NCBI GenBank assembly: GCA_044892525.1
Contig: CM097885.1
Span: 218,426,001 to 218,490,000 of the forward strand
Source: Schmidtea polychroa
Taxonomy: Eukaryota
Direction: 5' to 3'
Length of the DNA stretch: 64,000 nt
This document shows positions 63,124-64,000 of the stretch, in pieces; position 1 is the first letter of the stretch, and every line of letters starts with the position of its first letter. The notes under the pieces were generated by a model that had not been told where the DNA came from, ran no database searches, and saw nothing but the letters and a program-made list of their open reading frames with translations. The position numbers and the translations under genes are program-made.

Positions 63124-63415
63124 TTTCCACCAATATCTGATAATAGATGTTCCTCTATTTTGAAATAATAAATGCTCTACGCATTGATCTTTTGCATAAC
63201 CCTGAAAAAGTAAAGAAAAATTAATGACAATGCCAAACAAGAAATTCATTAACAAACATTAAATAACATTCTGATTTCTAGTTGGGAGTTTGGAATAGGT
63301 TCCGCGCTACTACTTTCCAATTTCAAAGAATTTAATAATAAACACGGCCCACTGCCAAATTGGTGAGTCCTTTCACTTTCTTGAATAGTATCAGATCGAC
63401 TTAAATTTTCACTTT
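63124..63415 (-). CDS. MYCBPAP: MYCBPAP-like exons 63258-63415 and 63124-63201; further 5' exons not identified
   Basis: GPCLLL...LEIRMLFN|GYAKDQCVEHLLFQNRGTSIIRYWWK (cf. GPSLLF...HLTFETLEGEKTSSELTVVNNGTVAIWYDWRR). 56-nt intron; canonical sites. Confidence 0.8.
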
Positions 63416-64000
63416 CTAAAGAATTATTTTTCGTTTCCCTGAATATAAATAATTTGTAAATAATTTGGGTTAAAGTTTAAATAAATTTAATTGAATTTTC
63501 TTTTCATCGAGCATTGAAACCTTACAAATACCTTGATTTTTACATGTGTTTTACATACTTTTCGTTGAAAGTCATAATTTTTTTCAGAGTATAAAATTTT
63601 TAAAATCAAAATATGTTTTAATCACTGTAAAAATATTATGGATGTTCCTTACGATAATACTGGGAAGGGAAGTGTCAGTCAAAGATGATGGGGATTAGAA
63701 TTCAACATGTCATCGCATGTCCTAAGTATTACTCGTCAAATTTTATGTAAATTCTAATTTTAATTATGATCACTGATCAAAAATACAGTGTCCTTTTCTC
63801 AAATAATAATAGATATAAAGATAAATTTTTAATCACCTCAAAAAAAAATTATGAACTAATAAAAAAAATTACATTTTTTTATAAACTTATTATTTCGTTT
63901 TTTATTTTAAGTAAAAACTTATACAATTAATTCATTAAACAGTTTAAATATAAACTGCTTTTATTATATATTAAAAGTATTTATTCGTTTTAAGTGATTT

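Noticed and set aside
1-64000. CRISPR arrays, rRNA or tRNA genes, telomeric arrays, prokaryotic operons
   Set aside because: None seen; spliceosomal introns and TE content show this is eukaryotic nuclear DNA.

Overview
Very AT-rich eukaryotic (metazoan) draft-assembly DNA with five N-gaps. Introns are either about 40-60 nt or multi-kb, and the window is dense in DNA transposons. This pattern is most consistent with a free-living flatworm (triclad) genome, which is an inference. Host genes reconstructed by hand from splice sites, reading phase and recalled family motifs: (1) the 3' part of MNS1 (+, 3 exons, 2794-4069); (2) a Shc-family PTB-SH2 adaptor (-, 7 exons, 31069 down to 7137, N-terminal exon not found) with a GC-AG intron, a 38-nt intron and no visible Grb2-binding YxN motif; (3) an intronless bestrophin (+, 39164-40258); (4) a single-exon LRR type-I membrane protein with no TIR domain (-, 44425-45873); (5) the 3' ten exons of a MYCBPAP-like gene (-, 63415 down to 46172). 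An RNF115/RNF126-like ORF with a destroyed RING lies antisense in the last MYCBPAP intron. A proteasome-alpha4/actin chimeric fragment sits between Tigger-type inverted repeats upstream of the visible MNS1 exons. Mobile DNA includes at least eight hAT elements with 8-bp TSDs, several of them nested. One is a near-intact, GC-richer Tip100-type element with a single frameshift. Also present are a piggyBac transposase with one premature stop, piggyBac and Tigger MITEs, mariner, MULE and Gypsy remnants, and two Penelope-like remnants, one carrying a minimal hammerhead ribozyme. All homologies are from recalled sequences, not database searches.
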